From the NCBI GenBank assembly GCA_900769785.1, contig CAAGHV010000125.1, forward strand, positions 1-57,204: a DNA stretch of 57,204 nt, in the 5' to 3' direction. The DNA is from Bacteroidales bacterium. Its GTDB lineage: Bacteria > Bacteroidota > Bacteroidia > Bacteroidales > P3. The position numbers were made by a program, and so were the translations under genes. Under the pieces are notes generated by a model that was not told the origin of the DNA, did not search any database, and was given only the letters and a program-made list of their open reading frames with translations. Below are positions 18,199 through 28,124 of this stretch, in pieces (the stretch's first letter is position 1; every line of letters begins with the position of its first letter).

Positions 18199-20061
18199 AT
18201 GATGGAAAACAATAAGTTATTCTCCGAATTTCCTCCTGTTTCTACCGAAAAATGGGAAGAAGTTATTAATAAAGACCTAAAGGGTGCCGACTATGATAAA
18301 AAATTAGTTTGGAAAACAATAGAAGGTTTTTCGGTAAAACCATACTACAGAGCCGAAGATTTAGAAAACCTTACTTATTTGAACACCAATCCTAACGAAT
18401 TTCCTTACGTTAGAGGTAAACAAGCAAAAGCAAATACTTGGGATATCCGTCAAGATATTGCTGTAAAAGATGCTGTTGAAGCTAACCGTATAGCTGTTGA
18501 CGCAGTAAAACGTGGTGCCACTGCTTTGGGACTTTGCGTACGCGAAATAACTACAGCAGAGCAAATGGCAACATTGTTGAAAGGTATAGATTTGACAAAG
18601 GTGAAAATCAACTTCACTTGCTCAAAATCGTACTTGCCAACATTGAAACTTTTGGTAGAAGTGGCCAAAAAACAAAACGTTGATACCAAAGAGATAGCAG
18701 GTAGCATTGATTTTGACATATTCAACTATGCGTTGAAACATGGCGAATTCTACGGAAGCGAAGAAGCCAACTATGCCGAAGCTCTTGAAGTAATCAACTA
18801 CATTGAAGCCGAATTGCCAAAATTCCGTGCTTTGACAGTAAACGGACGTATGTTCCACAATGCCGGTTCGAGCATCGTTCAAGAACTTGGTTACACTTTG
18901 GCTGCTGCCAACGACTTGATGGCAAACCTTACCGAAAAAGGTTGCAAAGTAGAAACTGTGGCTTCGAACATGCAGTTTACTTTCGCTATCGGTTCAAACT
19001 ACTTCATGGAAATGGCCAAAATACGTGCCGCTCGTATGTTGTGGTCCAAAATAGTAGAACAATATGCACCTAAATGCTCTTGTGCATACGATGTGTATAT
19101 CCACGCTACTTCTTCGACATGGAACAAGTCGGTATATGATGCATACGTAAATATGTTGCGTACTACTACCGAAACTATGTCGGCAGCTATAGCAGGTGCC
19201 GATTCGATATCGGTAGCTCCTTTTGATGCTGCTTACAAACAAGCCGACGATTTCTCAATGCGTATTGCTCGCAATCAACAAATATTGTTGAAAGAAGAAT
19301 CGTATTTGGACAAAATAGTTGACCCTGCTGCAGGTTCGTACTATATCGAAAACTTGACCAACTCTATAGCTCAATATGCTTGGGAAAACTTCCTAGCTGT
19401 TGAAGGTAAAGGCGGTTTCGCCAAAGCTATACGCGAAGGTTATGTTCAAGACGAGATAGAAAAGATGGCTCAACAACGCAACCAAGATATAGCAACTCGT
19501 AAGACTGTTATTTTGGGTACAAACCAATATCCAAACTTAGCCGAGAATATGGGCGACAAAATCCAAGCTAAAGAATGTTGTTGCTGCGGAGCTAAAGGTA
19601 CCGAAGTAAAGGTTTTGAACCAATACCGTGGTGCTCAAGCTTTCGAAGAATTGCGTTTGGCTACTGAAAAAGCTGCTCAAAAACCAAAAGTATTCTTGTT
19701 GACTTACGGAAACTTGGCTATGCGTAAAGCTCGTTCTGGATTTGCTACAAACTTCTTTGGTGTTGCCGGTTATGAAATCATAGACAATGTAGGATTTGCT
19801 ACAGCTGCCGAAGGTGTAAAAGCTGCTTTGGATGCTAAAGCCGATATCGTGGTAATGTGTTCTTCTGACGAAGAATATGCCGAAATAGTAAACGATGTAT
19901 GTGCTGGTTTGAAAGGCAAAGTTAAAAGCATAGTATTGGCCGGTTATCCAAAAGAACAAGTAGAAGCTTACAAAGCTCAAGGCGTTGACGAATTTATCCA
20001 TGTAAAAACAAATGTATTGGAATCGTTGACTGCTTTCCAAAAAATGCTTAACTTGATTTAA
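18199..20061 (+). CDS. mutA: methylmalonyl-CoA mutase small (beta) subunit
   Basis: MCM-type N-terminus (KWEEVI.KDLKGADY..L.W.T.EG..VKPYY, FPYVRG). The C-terminal Rossmann domain lacks the DxHxxG B12 ligand motif (LTYGNLAMRKARSGF). Confidence 0.8.
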   Translation: MMENNKLFSEFPPVSTEKWEEVINKDLKGADYDKKLVWKTIEGFSVKPYYRAEDLENLTYLNTNPNEFPYVRGKQAKANTWDIRQDIAVKDAVEANRIAVDAVKRGATALGLCVREITTAEQMATLLKGIDLTKVKINFTCSKSYLPTLKLLVEVAKKQNVDTKEIAGSIDFDIFNYALKHGEFYGSEEANYAEALEVINYIEAELPKFRALTVNGRMFHNAGSSIVQELGYTLAAANDLMANLTEKGCKVETVASNMQFTFAIGSNYFMEMAKIRAARMLWSKIVEQYAPKCSCAYDVYIHATSSTWNKSVYDAYVNMLRTTTETMSAAIAGADSISVAPFDAAYKQADDFSMRIARNQQILLKEESYLDKIVDPAAGSYYIENLTNSIAQYAWENFLAVEGKGGFAKAIREGYVQDEIEKMAQQRNQDIATRKTVILGTNQYPNLAENMGDKIQAKECCCCGAKGTEVKVLNQYRGAQAFEELRLATEKAAQKPKVFLLTYGNLAMRKARSGFATNFFGVAGYEIIDNVGFATAAEGVKAALDAKADIVVMCSSDEEYAEIVNDVCAGLKGKVKSIVLAGYPKEQVEAYKAQGVDEFIHVKTNVLESLTAFQKMLNLI

Positions 20062-20082
20062 TCGTAATAATATTATTATTGA

Positions 20083-20118
20083 AACGAGAATATTCAGCAT
20101 AGTTTGAGTATTCTCGTT
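20083..20118 (+). terminator. stem-loop after mutA
   Basis: AACGAGAATA(TTC)-loop-(GAG)TATTCTCGTT followed by a T-rich stretch. Confidence 0.5.
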
Positions 20119-20158
20119 CTTCATATATTTGATTTTTTAATATTAAAAGGAAAACAAT

Positions 20159-21544
20159 ATGTCTCTGATAAAATCAATATCCGGAATTAGAGGAACCATA
20201 GGCGGTGTGCAAGGCGAAGGTCTAAGCCCTATTGATGTGGTGAAATTTACATCGGCATTTGCCACTTTTTTAAAAAAGAATTCTTCGAAAGAAAAGTTAC
20301 AATTGGTGGTAGGTCGTGATGCACGTATATCGGGACAGATGGTGGATAGCTTGGTAGTAGGTACATTGATGGGAATGGGAATAGATGTTATAGAAACAGG
20401 ATTATCTACAACTCCCACAGTGGAAGTGGCCGTGGTGGACAAAAAAGCCGATGGTGGTATAATAATAACAGCCAGCCACAACCCAATGCAGTGGAACGCA
20501 CTGAAACTTCTTAATGCCAAAGGCGAGTTTATCAATGCTGCCGAAGGTAATGAGGTGCTTGAAATTGCCGAAACCATGGATGTAAATTTTGCTCAAGTAG
20601 AAAAGTTAGGTACATATATAACCGACTTCAACACAATAGATACTCATATACAAAATGTAATAAATCTTCCATTAGTAGATGTTGATGCTATAAAGAATGC
20701 CGGTTTTAAAGTGGCTGTTGATGCTGTAAACTCTACCGGTGGTATAGCTATACCTCGCTTATTGAAGGCTTTGGGAGTAAAAAATATAGTGGAACTAAAC
20801 TGCGAACCAACAGGTAAGTTTGCCCACAATCCCGAACCATTACCCGAAAACCTGACCGAAATATCGTCGGTGGTTAAGGAAAATGCTTGCGACTTTGGTA
20901 TAGTGGTTGACCCCGATGTGGATAGGTTAGCTCTTATTTGTGAAAATGGCGAGATGTTTGGAGAGGAATACACACTTGTGGCTGTAGCCGATTATGTGCT
21001 GTCAAACCAAAAGGGAAATACTGTTTCCAATATGTCGTCAACACGTGCTTTGCGCGATGTAACCGAAGGCTATGGCTGTAGCTATGCATCGGCTGCGGTA
21101 GGCGAAGTAAATGTGGTAGAAAAAATGAAGGCTACCAATGCCATTATAGGTGGCGAAGGCAACGGTGGTGTTATTTACCCCGAATTGCACTATGGTCGCG
21201 ATGCTTTGGTAGGTGTGGCTTTGTTCCTTACCCATTTGGCAAAGAAAGGTATTGCTGTTTCGGAATTGCGTAAAACATATCCAAATTATGTGATATCGAA
21301 AAACAAAATATCGCTTACACCAGAAATCGATGTGGATAATGTTTTGAAAACAATGGCCGAAAAATACAAAAATCAGCCGGTAAGCACTATTGATGGTGTG
21401 AAGATTGAATTTGGCAATGAGTGGGTGCATCTGCGCAAGTCCAATACTGAACCTATTATACGTATATACTCCGAAAGCCAAACAGCCGATAAAGCCGATG
21501 AATTGGCTCAACGTATAATAAATGATATAAAGGCAATTATATAA
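20159..21544 (+). CDS. glmM: phosphoglucosamine mutase
   Basis: SISGIRGTIGG, active-site TASHNP and GGEGNGG. Confidence 0.85.
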   Translation: MSLIKSISGIRGTIGGVQGEGLSPIDVVKFTSAFATFLKKNSSKEKLQLVVGRDARISGQMVDSLVVGTLMGMGIDVIETGLSTTPTVEVAVVDKKADGGIIITASHNPMQWNALKLLNAKGEFINAAEGNEVLEIAETMDVNFAQVEKLGTYITDFNTIDTHIQNVINLPLVDVDAIKNAGFKVAVDAVNSTGGIAIPRLLKALGVKNIVELNCEPTGKFAHNPEPLPENLTEISSVVKENACDFGIVVDPDVDRLALICENGEMFGEEYTLVAVADYVLSNQKGNTVSNMSSTRALRDVTEGYGCSYASAAVGEVNVVEKMKATNAIIGGEGNGGVIYPELHYGRDALVGVALFLTHLAKKGIAVSELRKTYPNYVISKNKISLTPEIDVDNVLKTMAEKYKNQPVSTIDGVKIEFGNEWVHLRKSNTEPIIRIYSESQTADKADELAQRIINDIKAII

Positions 21545-21580
21545 ATCTACTGTTGGTGATGTAATCAGCCTATATATAGC

Positions 21581-21610
21581 AAAAGGACTACACGAAAGTG
21601 TAGTCCTTTT
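21581..21610. terminator. bidirectional terminator
   Basis: AAAAGGACTACAC-gaaa-GTGTAGTCCTTTT lies between convergent glmM and rocD. Confidence 0.8.
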
Positions 21611-21633
21611 GTTGTAATAGTTATTCAATTCTA

Positions 21634-22854
21634 TTAGTCGAACGAAAGGATAGCTTCTTTTATTATCTCTATAGCTTCGCGAAGTTCAGCTTCGGTAATC
21701 ACTAGAGGAGGAGCGAAGCGTATGATATGAGTGTGTGTAGGTTTGGCCAATACCCCCATATCGCGCATCTTTAAGCATACGTCCCATGCTTGTTTGCCGT
21801 TTTTGGGTTTTATTATTACGGCGTTGAGCAAGCCTTTGCCTCTTACTTTCTCAATCATATCCGATTTTATTTTCAGCATTTCTTCGCGGAATATCTTTCC
21901 AAGGTATTCTGCTTTTTCCATAAGTTTCTCTTCTTTTATTACTTCCAATGCTGCTATACTTACCTTTGCTGCAATAGGGTTGCCACCAAATGTACTTCCA
22001 TGTTCGCCGGGTTTGATGTTAAGCATAATCTCGTCATCGGCCAATACTGCCGATACTGGGAAAACACCACCGCCAAGGGCTTTGCCCAATATAAGTATAT
22101 CGGGACGTACACCTTCGTGGTCGCAGGCTAGCATTTTTCCGGTACGGGCTATACCGCTTTGTACCTCATCGGCCATAAATAGTACATTGTGTTTCTTACA
22201 TATATCGTAACATTTTTTTAGGTATCCATCATCGGGAACATATACACCGGCTTCGCCTTGTATTGGTTCTAATAGGAAACCTGCTATCTTGCTACCATGT
22301 TCTTGCATTACTTTTTCCAATGCATCGGAATCGTTGTAAGGTATGCGTATAAATCCCGGAGTCATAGGGCCATAGTTGGCATAAGAGTCGGGATCGTTGC
22401 TCATGGTTATTATGGTGATGGTACGTCCGTGGAAGTTGCCTTCGCAGCATACTATCATTACTTCGTCGTTGGGTATGCCTTTCTTTACCACACCCCAACG
22501 GCGAGCCAGTTTGAGAGCTGTCTCGTCGGCTTCGGCACCGGTGTTCATTGGTAGAACTTTTTCGTAACCAAAGTATTCGGTTATGTATTTTTCCCATTCG
22601 CCTAAGCAGTCGTTATAGAAAGCACGAGAACTTAGTGTTAGCTTTTGGGCTTGGTCGCACATGGCTTTGATTATTTTTGGGTGACAGTGACCTTGATTTA
22701 CGGCCGAGTATGCTGATAAGAAGTCAAAGTAGCGTTTGCCTTCGCAATCCCATACGTATGCACCTTCTCCTTTAGCTAATACCACTGGTAGTGGATGATA
22801 GTTGTGAGCTCCGTAGCGAGCTTCCATTTCCATGTATTGTTCTGATTTAGTCAT
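21634..22854 (-). CDS. rocD: ornithine aminotransferase
   Basis: Class-III aminotransferase. [12 protein letters not shown].., [11 protein letters not shown] and ILGKALGGG. Confidence 0.8.
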   Translation of the reverse strand: MTKSEQYMEMEARYGAHNYHPLPVVLAKGEGAYVWDCEGKRYFDFLSAYSAVNQGHCHPKIIKAMCDQAQKLTLSSRAFYNDCLGEWEKYITEYFGYEKVLPMNTGAEADETALKLARRWGVVKKGIPNDEVMIVCCEGNFHGRTITIITMSNDPDSYANYGPMTPGFIRIPYNDSDALEKVMQEHGSKIAGFLLEPIQGEAGVYVPDDGYLKKCYDICKKHNVLFMADEVQSGIARTGKMLACDHEGVRPDILILGKALGGGVFPVSAVLADDEIMLNIKPGEHGSTFGGNPIAAKVSIAALEVIKEEKLMEKAEYLGKIFREEMLKIKSDMIEKVRGKGLLNAVIIKPKNGKQAWDVCLKMRDMGVLAKPTHTHIIRFAPPLVITEAELREAIEIIKEAILSFD

Positions 22855-22895
22855 AGTTTATGTATTTTATGAGTTTATAATGTTATTTTGGGGCA

Positions 22896-22903
22896 CAAAG
22901 ATA
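22896..22903 (-). promoter_or_regulatory. -7 box TATCTTTG for rocD
   Basis: TAnnTTTG lies 42 nt upstream of the ATG at 22854. Confidence 0.5.
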
Positions 22904-23192
22904 CATATTATTTTTTAATTTGAGTACTTTTTTTTTTTATTTTCGGTAAAAAATGTTATATATCTTTGAGGCTTAATGTTTTCATGATATGTTAATGTTT
23001 GTATGCAATGTCGAAAATACTCTCAAATATCATGTTTGGTTGTCAAAATATAGTCATTTTACTGCGTTTTTGATTGTACTTCAAAAGAAAAATATTTACT
23101 TATTAAAAATATATAATCTTGAAATACAAGATAAAGTATTTCCTATAGCAAATTAATGTGAAAAAAGTTTTCATTATATGAAATAAAAGTTG

Positions 23193-23200
23193 TAATTTTG
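23193..23200 (+). promoter_or_regulatory. -7 box TAATTTTG for the tRNA-Leu pair
   Basis: TAnnTTTG lies 19 nt upstream of the tRNA 5' end. Confidence 0.5.
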
Positions 23201-23218
23201 CAAACTGAAAGGATATAT

Positions 23219-23300
23219 GTCCACGTGGTGGAATTGGTAGACACGCCACTTTGAGGGGGTGGTGCTGCGAGGCGTGCAAGTTCAAGTCTTGTCGTGGACA
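23219..23300 (+). tRNA. tRNA-Leu (anticodon GAG)
   Basis: GTCCACG acceptor, AATTGGTAGA D-loop, anticodon loop TTGAGGG, long variable arm, GTTCAAGTC T-loop and discriminator A. Confidence 0.9.
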
Positions 23301-23329
23301 CAATTAGTAAAAGGGTAATAGTTCTTTCA

Positions 23330-23411
23330 GCCCGAGTGGTGGAATTGGTAGACACGTACGTTTCAGGTGCGTATTCCGCGAGGAGTGCAGGTTCAAGTCC
23401 TGTCTCGGGCA
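23330..23411 (+). tRNA. tRNA-Leu (anticodon CAG)
   Basis: GCCCGAG acceptor, anticodon loop TTCAGGT, long variable arm and GTTCAAGTC T-loop. Confidence 0.9.
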
Positions 23412-23433
23412 CATGGTTAGTAAAGTGGTTGGC

Positions 23434-23463
23434 ACTTCGGATTAGGCAATCCGAAGTTTTTTT
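23434..23463 (+). terminator. terminator of the tRNA-Leu operon
   Basis: ACTTCGGATT-aggc-AATCCGAAGT followed by T7. Confidence 0.8.
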
Positions 23464-23511
23464 ATGCCCTATGCTTATTATAATGGTATTACTATGGGTT
23501 ATAAATAAAAA

Positions 23512-23538
23512 AAAGCAAAAGGATAAACCTTTTGCTTT
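23512..23538 (-). terminator. terminator of glyQS
   Basis: AAAGCAAAAGG-ataaa-CCTTTTGCTTT with a T-run on the minus strand. Confidence 0.75.
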
Positions 23539-23565
23539 TACATTAAAGTATATGAGAATATGTTT

Positions 23566-25092
23566 TTACATTTTTAGTGGTTGTATTCTTTCGGCAAGGT
23601 AAGCGTTTAGGTTATCTACGCTTATGCGGTCTTGCTTCATAGTGTCGCGTTCGCGAATAGTAACGGTGTTGTCGGTCAATGTTTGGTTATCTACAGTAAC
23701 GCAGTAGGGGGTACCTATTGCATCTTGGCGACGGTAGCGACGGCCTATGGCATCTTTTTCGTCGTATTGTACCATATAGTTGTACTTCAAACTGTCCACT
23801 ATTTCGCGTGCTTTTTCGGGTAGTCCGTCTTTCTTTACCAATGGCAGTACAGCCACTTTGTATGGCGCCAATATTGCAGGTATCTTCATTACCACACGTT
23901 CCGAACCGTCTTCGAGTTTTTCTTCCTGATAAGCATAGCTGAATATAGCTAGGAATGTACGGTCTAGTCCGATAGAAGTTTCTATAACGTATGGGGTGTA
24001 GCTTTCGTTGATTTCGGCATCGAAGTATTGCAGTTTCTTGCCCGAAAATTCGCTATGACGCGATAGGTCGAAGTCGGTGCGGCTGTGGATGCCTTCCAAT
24101 TCTTTAAAACCAAATGGGAATTCAAACTCAATGTCGGTAGCAGCATTGGCATAGTGAGCCAGTTTTTCGTGGTCGTGGAAACGGTATTTGCTTTCGGGTA
24201 TTCCTAGTGCAAGGTGCCATTTGCGGCGTGCTTCTTTCCAATGTTCAAACCATTTAAGTTCTTCGCCCGGACGAACAAAGAATTGCATCTCCATTTGTTC
24301 AAACTCGCGCATACGGAATATAAATTGGCGTGCTACAATTTCGTTGCGAAATGCTTTGCCTATCTGTGCTATACCAAAAGGTATCTTCATACGTCCCGAC
24401 TTTTGTACGTTTAGGAAGTTGACAAATATACCTTGAGCTGTTTCGGGGCGTAGGTATATGGTATCGGCGCCTTCGGCTACCGAACCCATCTGTGTGGCAA
24501 ACATAAGGTTAAACTGGCGTACATCGGTCCAGTTGCGGCTGCCCGATATTGGGCATACTATGCCAAGGTCTAGTATTAATTGTTTGATAGCTTCAAGGTT
24601 GTTGTCGTTCATAGCCTCGGTAAAGCGTGCTGTAATCTCGTCAATCTTGGCTTGATATTCAAGTACACGTGCGTTGGTAGAGCGGAACATTGCCTCGTCA
24701 AAGTTCTCGAAACGTTTGGCAGCTTTATCTACTTCCTTGCGTATCTTATCCTCAATCTTGGCAATGTGGTCCTCGATAAGTACATCGGCACGGTAGCGTT
24801 TCTTGGAGTCCTTGTTGTCAATTAGAGGGTCGTTAAAAGCATCAACGTGTCCCGACGCCTTCCATATTTTGGGGTGCATAAATATACCGGAGTCTATACC
24901 CACGATATTTTCGTTGTATTGCACCATTGATTTCCACCAATAGTTTTTTATATTGTTTTTCAGTTCAACACCCAGTTGACCATAGTCATAAACGGCTGCC
25001 AAACCATCATAAATTTCACTCGATGGGAATATAAAACCATATTCCTTTGCGTGTGATATTATCTTTTTGAAAGCATCTTCGTTGTTTGCCAT
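23566..25092 (-). CDS. glyQS: glycine--tRNA ligase (dimeric class II)
   Basis: FPSSEIYDGL, YLRPETAQG and GIAQIGKAFRNE. I moved the start to the ATG at 25092 (MANNEDAFKK..). The 33 upstream codons lie over the promoter. Confidence 0.9.
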   Translation of the reverse strand: MANNEDAFKKIISHAKEYGFIFPSSEIYDGLAAVYDYGQLGVELKNNIKNYWWKSMVQYNENIVGIDSGIFMHPKIWKASGHVDAFNDPLIDNKDSKKRYRADVLIEDHIAKIEDKIRKEVDKAAKRFENFDEAMFRSTNARVLEYQAKIDEITARFTEAMNDNNLEAIKQLILDLGIVCPISGSRNWTDVRQFNLMFATQMGSVAEGADTIYLRPETAQGIFVNFLNVQKSGRMKIPFGIAQIGKAFRNEIVARQFIFRMREFEQMEMQFFVRPGEELKWFEHWKEARRKWHLALGIPESKYRFHDHEKLAHYANAATDIEFEFPFGFKELEGIHSRTDFDLSRHSEFSGKKLQYFDAEINESYTPYVIETSIGLDRTFLAIFSYAYQEEKLEDGSERVVMKIPAILAPYKVAVLPLVKKDGLPEKAREIVDSLKYNYMVQYDEKDAIGRRYRRQDAIGTPYCVTVDNQTLTDNTVTIRERDTMKQDRISVDNLNAYLAERIQPLKM

Positions 25093-25152
25093 AATATCTA
25101 TATAATTTATTACTAATGTGTTAATATTCGATTGAATAAAAGTATCTGTCTG

Positions 25153-25160
25153 CAAAAATA
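25153..25160 (-). promoter_or_regulatory. -7 box TATTTTTG for glyQS
   Basis: TAnnTTTG lies 61 nt upstream of the ATG at 25092. Confidence 0.4.
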
Positions 25161-25358
25161 CATTTTTTTCGGGATATATAGAATCACCCAAAGTGTATTT
25201 TTTCCAAAAAAAATATGCTACTATGTTGTTTTTCTCAAAAATAGTTATCTTTAGCCATACATCTAGGGTATAAAAGAGTTATCTCAAAACTTTGTTACAC
25301 TTAACTATAAAACTTCGCTGACTTATCAATCAACATTCTTTTAGTTATTCCAAAATTT

Positions 25359-25436
25359 AATTCCAAGCTGTGAAATAGCTATTTCACAGCTTGGAATTGT
25401 AGTTTCATGCTTTGAAATTGTGGTTTCACGCTTTGA
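25359..25436. repeat. 40-bp perfect palindrome followed by two 21-bp direct copies of its half-site
   Basis: AATTCCAAGCTGTGAAATAG|CTATTTCACAGCTTGGAATT spans 25359-25398. It is followed by AATTGTAGTTTCATGCTTTGA (25395-25415) and AATTGTGGTTTCACGCTTTGA (25416-25436). Confidence 0.9.
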
Positions 25437-25694
25437 AATATCTTTTGTAAATAACCTTGGGAAATTTTACTGTTATATTGACGGAAGTTTTGACTTATCT
25501 CTGCACAACTTTTGGAATAACTCTCATTTAATGGTTCAGACTACACATAAATACCTCAATATATGTGTTGCAAATGTGTAAACCGGGGTAGGAGGGTGAT
25601 GAGGAAAGTTGAGATAAATACTGTTTTGAACACTTTTTCAACCTCAATGACCATTTTTTATATGTCAAAGAAGTAAAGTTTCCTTTTTTTTGCG

Positions 25695-25702
25695 TATATT
25701 TG
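25695..25702 (+). promoter_or_regulatory. -7 box TATATTTG (candidate promoter of the dNK-MTase-kdsB-SPOR gene string)
   Basis: TAnnTTTG lies 150 nt upstream of the ATG at 25852, which would give a long leader. Confidence 0.35.
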
Positions 25703-25851
25703 CAAAGAATAAACTTTGGAGTAAAGTGTTGCCAAGTATTGATACTCAGATGTTAGTGTGGAAATAATGTTGATAATGAAGTGTTAATAATGGCAATGTA
25801 TTGTTGTATTCTGAAGTTGGTAGTGTAATATTGATAAAAACGAAAAGACTT

Positions 25852-26466
25852 ATGCATATAGCAATAGCAGGTAATATAGGCTCGGGCAAAACAACGTTGA
25901 CAGGCTTGTTGTCGAAGCATTTGGGGTATGAGGCTGTTTATGAAAACAATGCCAATAACCCATATATCAATAGTTTTTATGAAGATATGAGACGTTGGTC
26001 TTTCAATTTGCAGATATACTTCTTGCATACACGTTTCAAGCAGATTGTAGATATACGCAAGTCGTGTGGCAATATTGTGCAAGACCGTACCATATACGAG
26101 GATGCTTATATATTTGCACCCAACCTGCATGCTATGGGCTTGATGAACACTCGCGATTTCGAAAACTATCAGGCCATATTTGAGTTGTTGTCATCTTTTA
26201 TTCAAGCTCCGGACTTGTTGATATACCTCAAAGGCAGTGTGCCTACGTTGGTCAACCAAATACAAAAGCGTGGTAGAGAATATGAAAACAGCATTCGGTT
26301 GGACTATCTTACAAGTTTAAACCAACGTTATGAGAATTGGATTTCGCAGTATGATAAAGGTAAACTGTTGGTAATAAATATCGAAGAATTAAACTTTGCT
26401 GATAAACCCGAAGATTTGGGAATGGTTATAGACAAGATAAATGCAGAAATAAACGGACTATTTTAG
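25852..26466 (+). CDS. deoxynucleoside kinase
   Basis: P-loop AGNIGSGKTT, QDRTIYED and the dNK fold pattern. I moved the start to the ATG at 25852. Confidence 0.8.
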   Translation: MHIAIAGNIGSGKTTLTGLLSKHLGYEAVYENNANNPYINSFYEDMRRWSFNLQIYFLHTRFKQIVDIRKSCGNIVQDRTIYEDAYIFAPNLHAMGLMNTRDFENYQAIFELLSSFIQAPDLLIYLKGSVPTLVNQIQKRGREYENSIRLDYLTSLNQRYENWISQYDKGKLLVINIEELNFADKPEDLGMVIDKINAEINGLF

Positions 26467-26468
26467 CA

Positions 26469-27347
26469 ATGAAAACTTGGTTGTTGGAAATATTGTATAA
26501 TCCCTATACAGGGGCCAAGCTAAGGGAAGAGAGCGACAACCTTTTGCTTGATACCAATAATGCGGCATTTCCCGTTCAGGGAGATGTGCCTCTGTTTTTG
26601 GATGCTCAAGACGAAAAGATTTCCGAACAAGACTTTCATTATATCAATCATTACACAATAGATGCCGAAGTGTTTGACTACTATCGTGATAGGAACGATA
26701 GGTTGGAGCAGGCGTCGGTATCGTTGCTTCGAAGAAGCATAATAAGGCAAATACCTCGCAATACTCGTTTTTTGCTTGATGTAGGCTGTGGTTGTGCATA
26801 CATAGCCAAGCACTTTATAAATAGTGGTACTAGAGTGGTGTCGCTTGATGTGGCACAAGCCAATGCCGAGAAAGCACTGAAAAAATATCCGTCGGATAAC
26901 CATGCTGCTGTGGTAGCTGATGTGTTTGCATTGCCTTTCAAGGAGAATACTTTCGACTGTATAGTAGCATCCGAAATAATAGAACACACAGTAGATCCGC
27001 ACGCTTTTGTAGAAGCACTTAAACGCGTGCTTAAACCAGGTGGAACACTTATAATATCAACACCATATAAGGAAAAGATAGAGTATTCGTTATGTATCCA
27101 CTGCAATTGTAAAACACCCAAGAATGCACATCTGCATTCGTTCGACAAGAAAAATATGCGTTCGCTGCATTCAACGTCAGGTTTGGAAGTGGAGCGTATT
27201 ACACTGGTAGGTAACAAACTGCTACTAATGTCGCGCATGGCAATATTATTAGACAAGATGGGATATAGGCTGTGGAAAGCTATAGATGGTATATTCAACG
27301 TTATATTGCCCAAAGCACAACACTTTATCATTAGAAGCAAAAAATAA
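26469..27347 (+). CDS. class I SAM-dependent methyltransferase
   Basis: Motif I LLDVGCGCA, post-I VVSLDV and LKPGGTLIIS. It has a C.HC..K Cys cluster. Confidence 0.75.
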   Translation: MKTWLLEILYNPYTGAKLREESDNLLLDTNNAAFPVQGDVPLFLDAQDEKISEQDFHYINHYTIDAEVFDYYRDRNDRLEQASVSLLRRSIIRQIPRNTRFLLDVGCGCAYIAKHFINSGTRVVSLDVAQANAEKALKKYPSDNHAAVVADVFALPFKENTFDCIVASEIIEHTVDPHAFVEALKRVLKPGGTLIISTPYKEKIEYSLCIHCNCKTPKNAHLHSFDKKNMRSLHSTSGLEVERITLVGNKLLLMSRMAILLDKMGYRLWKAIDGIFNVILPKAQHFIIRSKK

Positions 27348-27350
27348 TAT

Positions 27351-28115
27351 ATGACCCAAAACTATAGAGAAACAATGAAAGTACTAGGAATAATACCGGC
27401 ACGATATGCCTCAACACGTTTTCCGGGCAAACCATTGGCAATGATAGCAGGCAAGCCCATGATACAGCATGTTTATGAAGGAGTGCAGGGTATAGGTGCA
27501 CTTTCAGATGTGGTGGTGGCTACTGATGATGATCGTATAGCCGATTGTGTGCGTAGCTTTGGTGGTAATGTGGTGATGACACAAACTACACATCGCAGTG
27601 GTACCGATCGTTGTGGTGAGGTAGTGGAACAATATATGGCACAAGGAAAGGTATATGATGTGGTAGTGAATATACAGGGCGATGAGCCCAATGTGGAACA
27701 TTCGCAGATAGAAACTTTGATAAAATGTTTTGACAACAAAACCACAAAGATAGCAACATTAAAGAAACAAATTTCATCGAAAGAAGAACTTTTTTCGCCA
27801 AATGTCGTAAAAGTAGTTTGCGGTAATAGTGGAGATGCAATATATTTTAGCCGTCATGCTGTACCGTACCTTCGTGGAACAGAGTCTGACCAATGGTTGG
27901 AAAAGCAGAAATACTATAAGCATATAGGTGTCTATGCTTATACCGCCGATGTATTAAGACAACTAGTAAAATTGGAACAGACGACTTTGGAACTTTCGGA
28001 GTCGCTGGAACAACTGCGATGGATAGAAAATGGTTATACAATAAAGGTGCAAGAAACAATGGTTGAAAATATAGCCATAGACACACCCGAAGATTTGTTG
28101 AAATTGAATAAATAG
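27351..28115 (+). CDS. kdsB: 3-deoxy-manno-octulosonate cytidylyltransferase
   Basis: IIPARYASTRFPGKPL and NIQGDEP. An alternative start is at 27375. Confidence 0.85.
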   Translation: MTQNYRETMKVLGIIPARYASTRFPGKPLAMIAGKPMIQHVYEGVQGIGALSDVVVATDDDRIADCVRSFGGNVVMTQTTHRSGTDRCGEVVEQYMAQGKVYDVVVNIQGDEPNVEHSQIETLIKCFDNKTTKIATLKKQISSKEELFSPNVVKVVCGNSGDAIYFSRHAVPYLRGTESDQWLEKQKYYKHIGVYAYTADVLRQLVKLEQTTLELSESLEQLRWIENGYTIKVQETMVENIAIDTPEDLLKLNK

Positions 28116-28124
28116 ATTAAACTG

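Noticed and set aside
25343-25522. Invertible promoter (inverton) bounded by the 13-bp inverted repeat.
   Set aside because: There is no exact TAnnTTTG box inside in either orientation (only TATCTTTTG with an extra T). Both flanking genes have their own promoters outside the segment. I kept it as a structural finding only.
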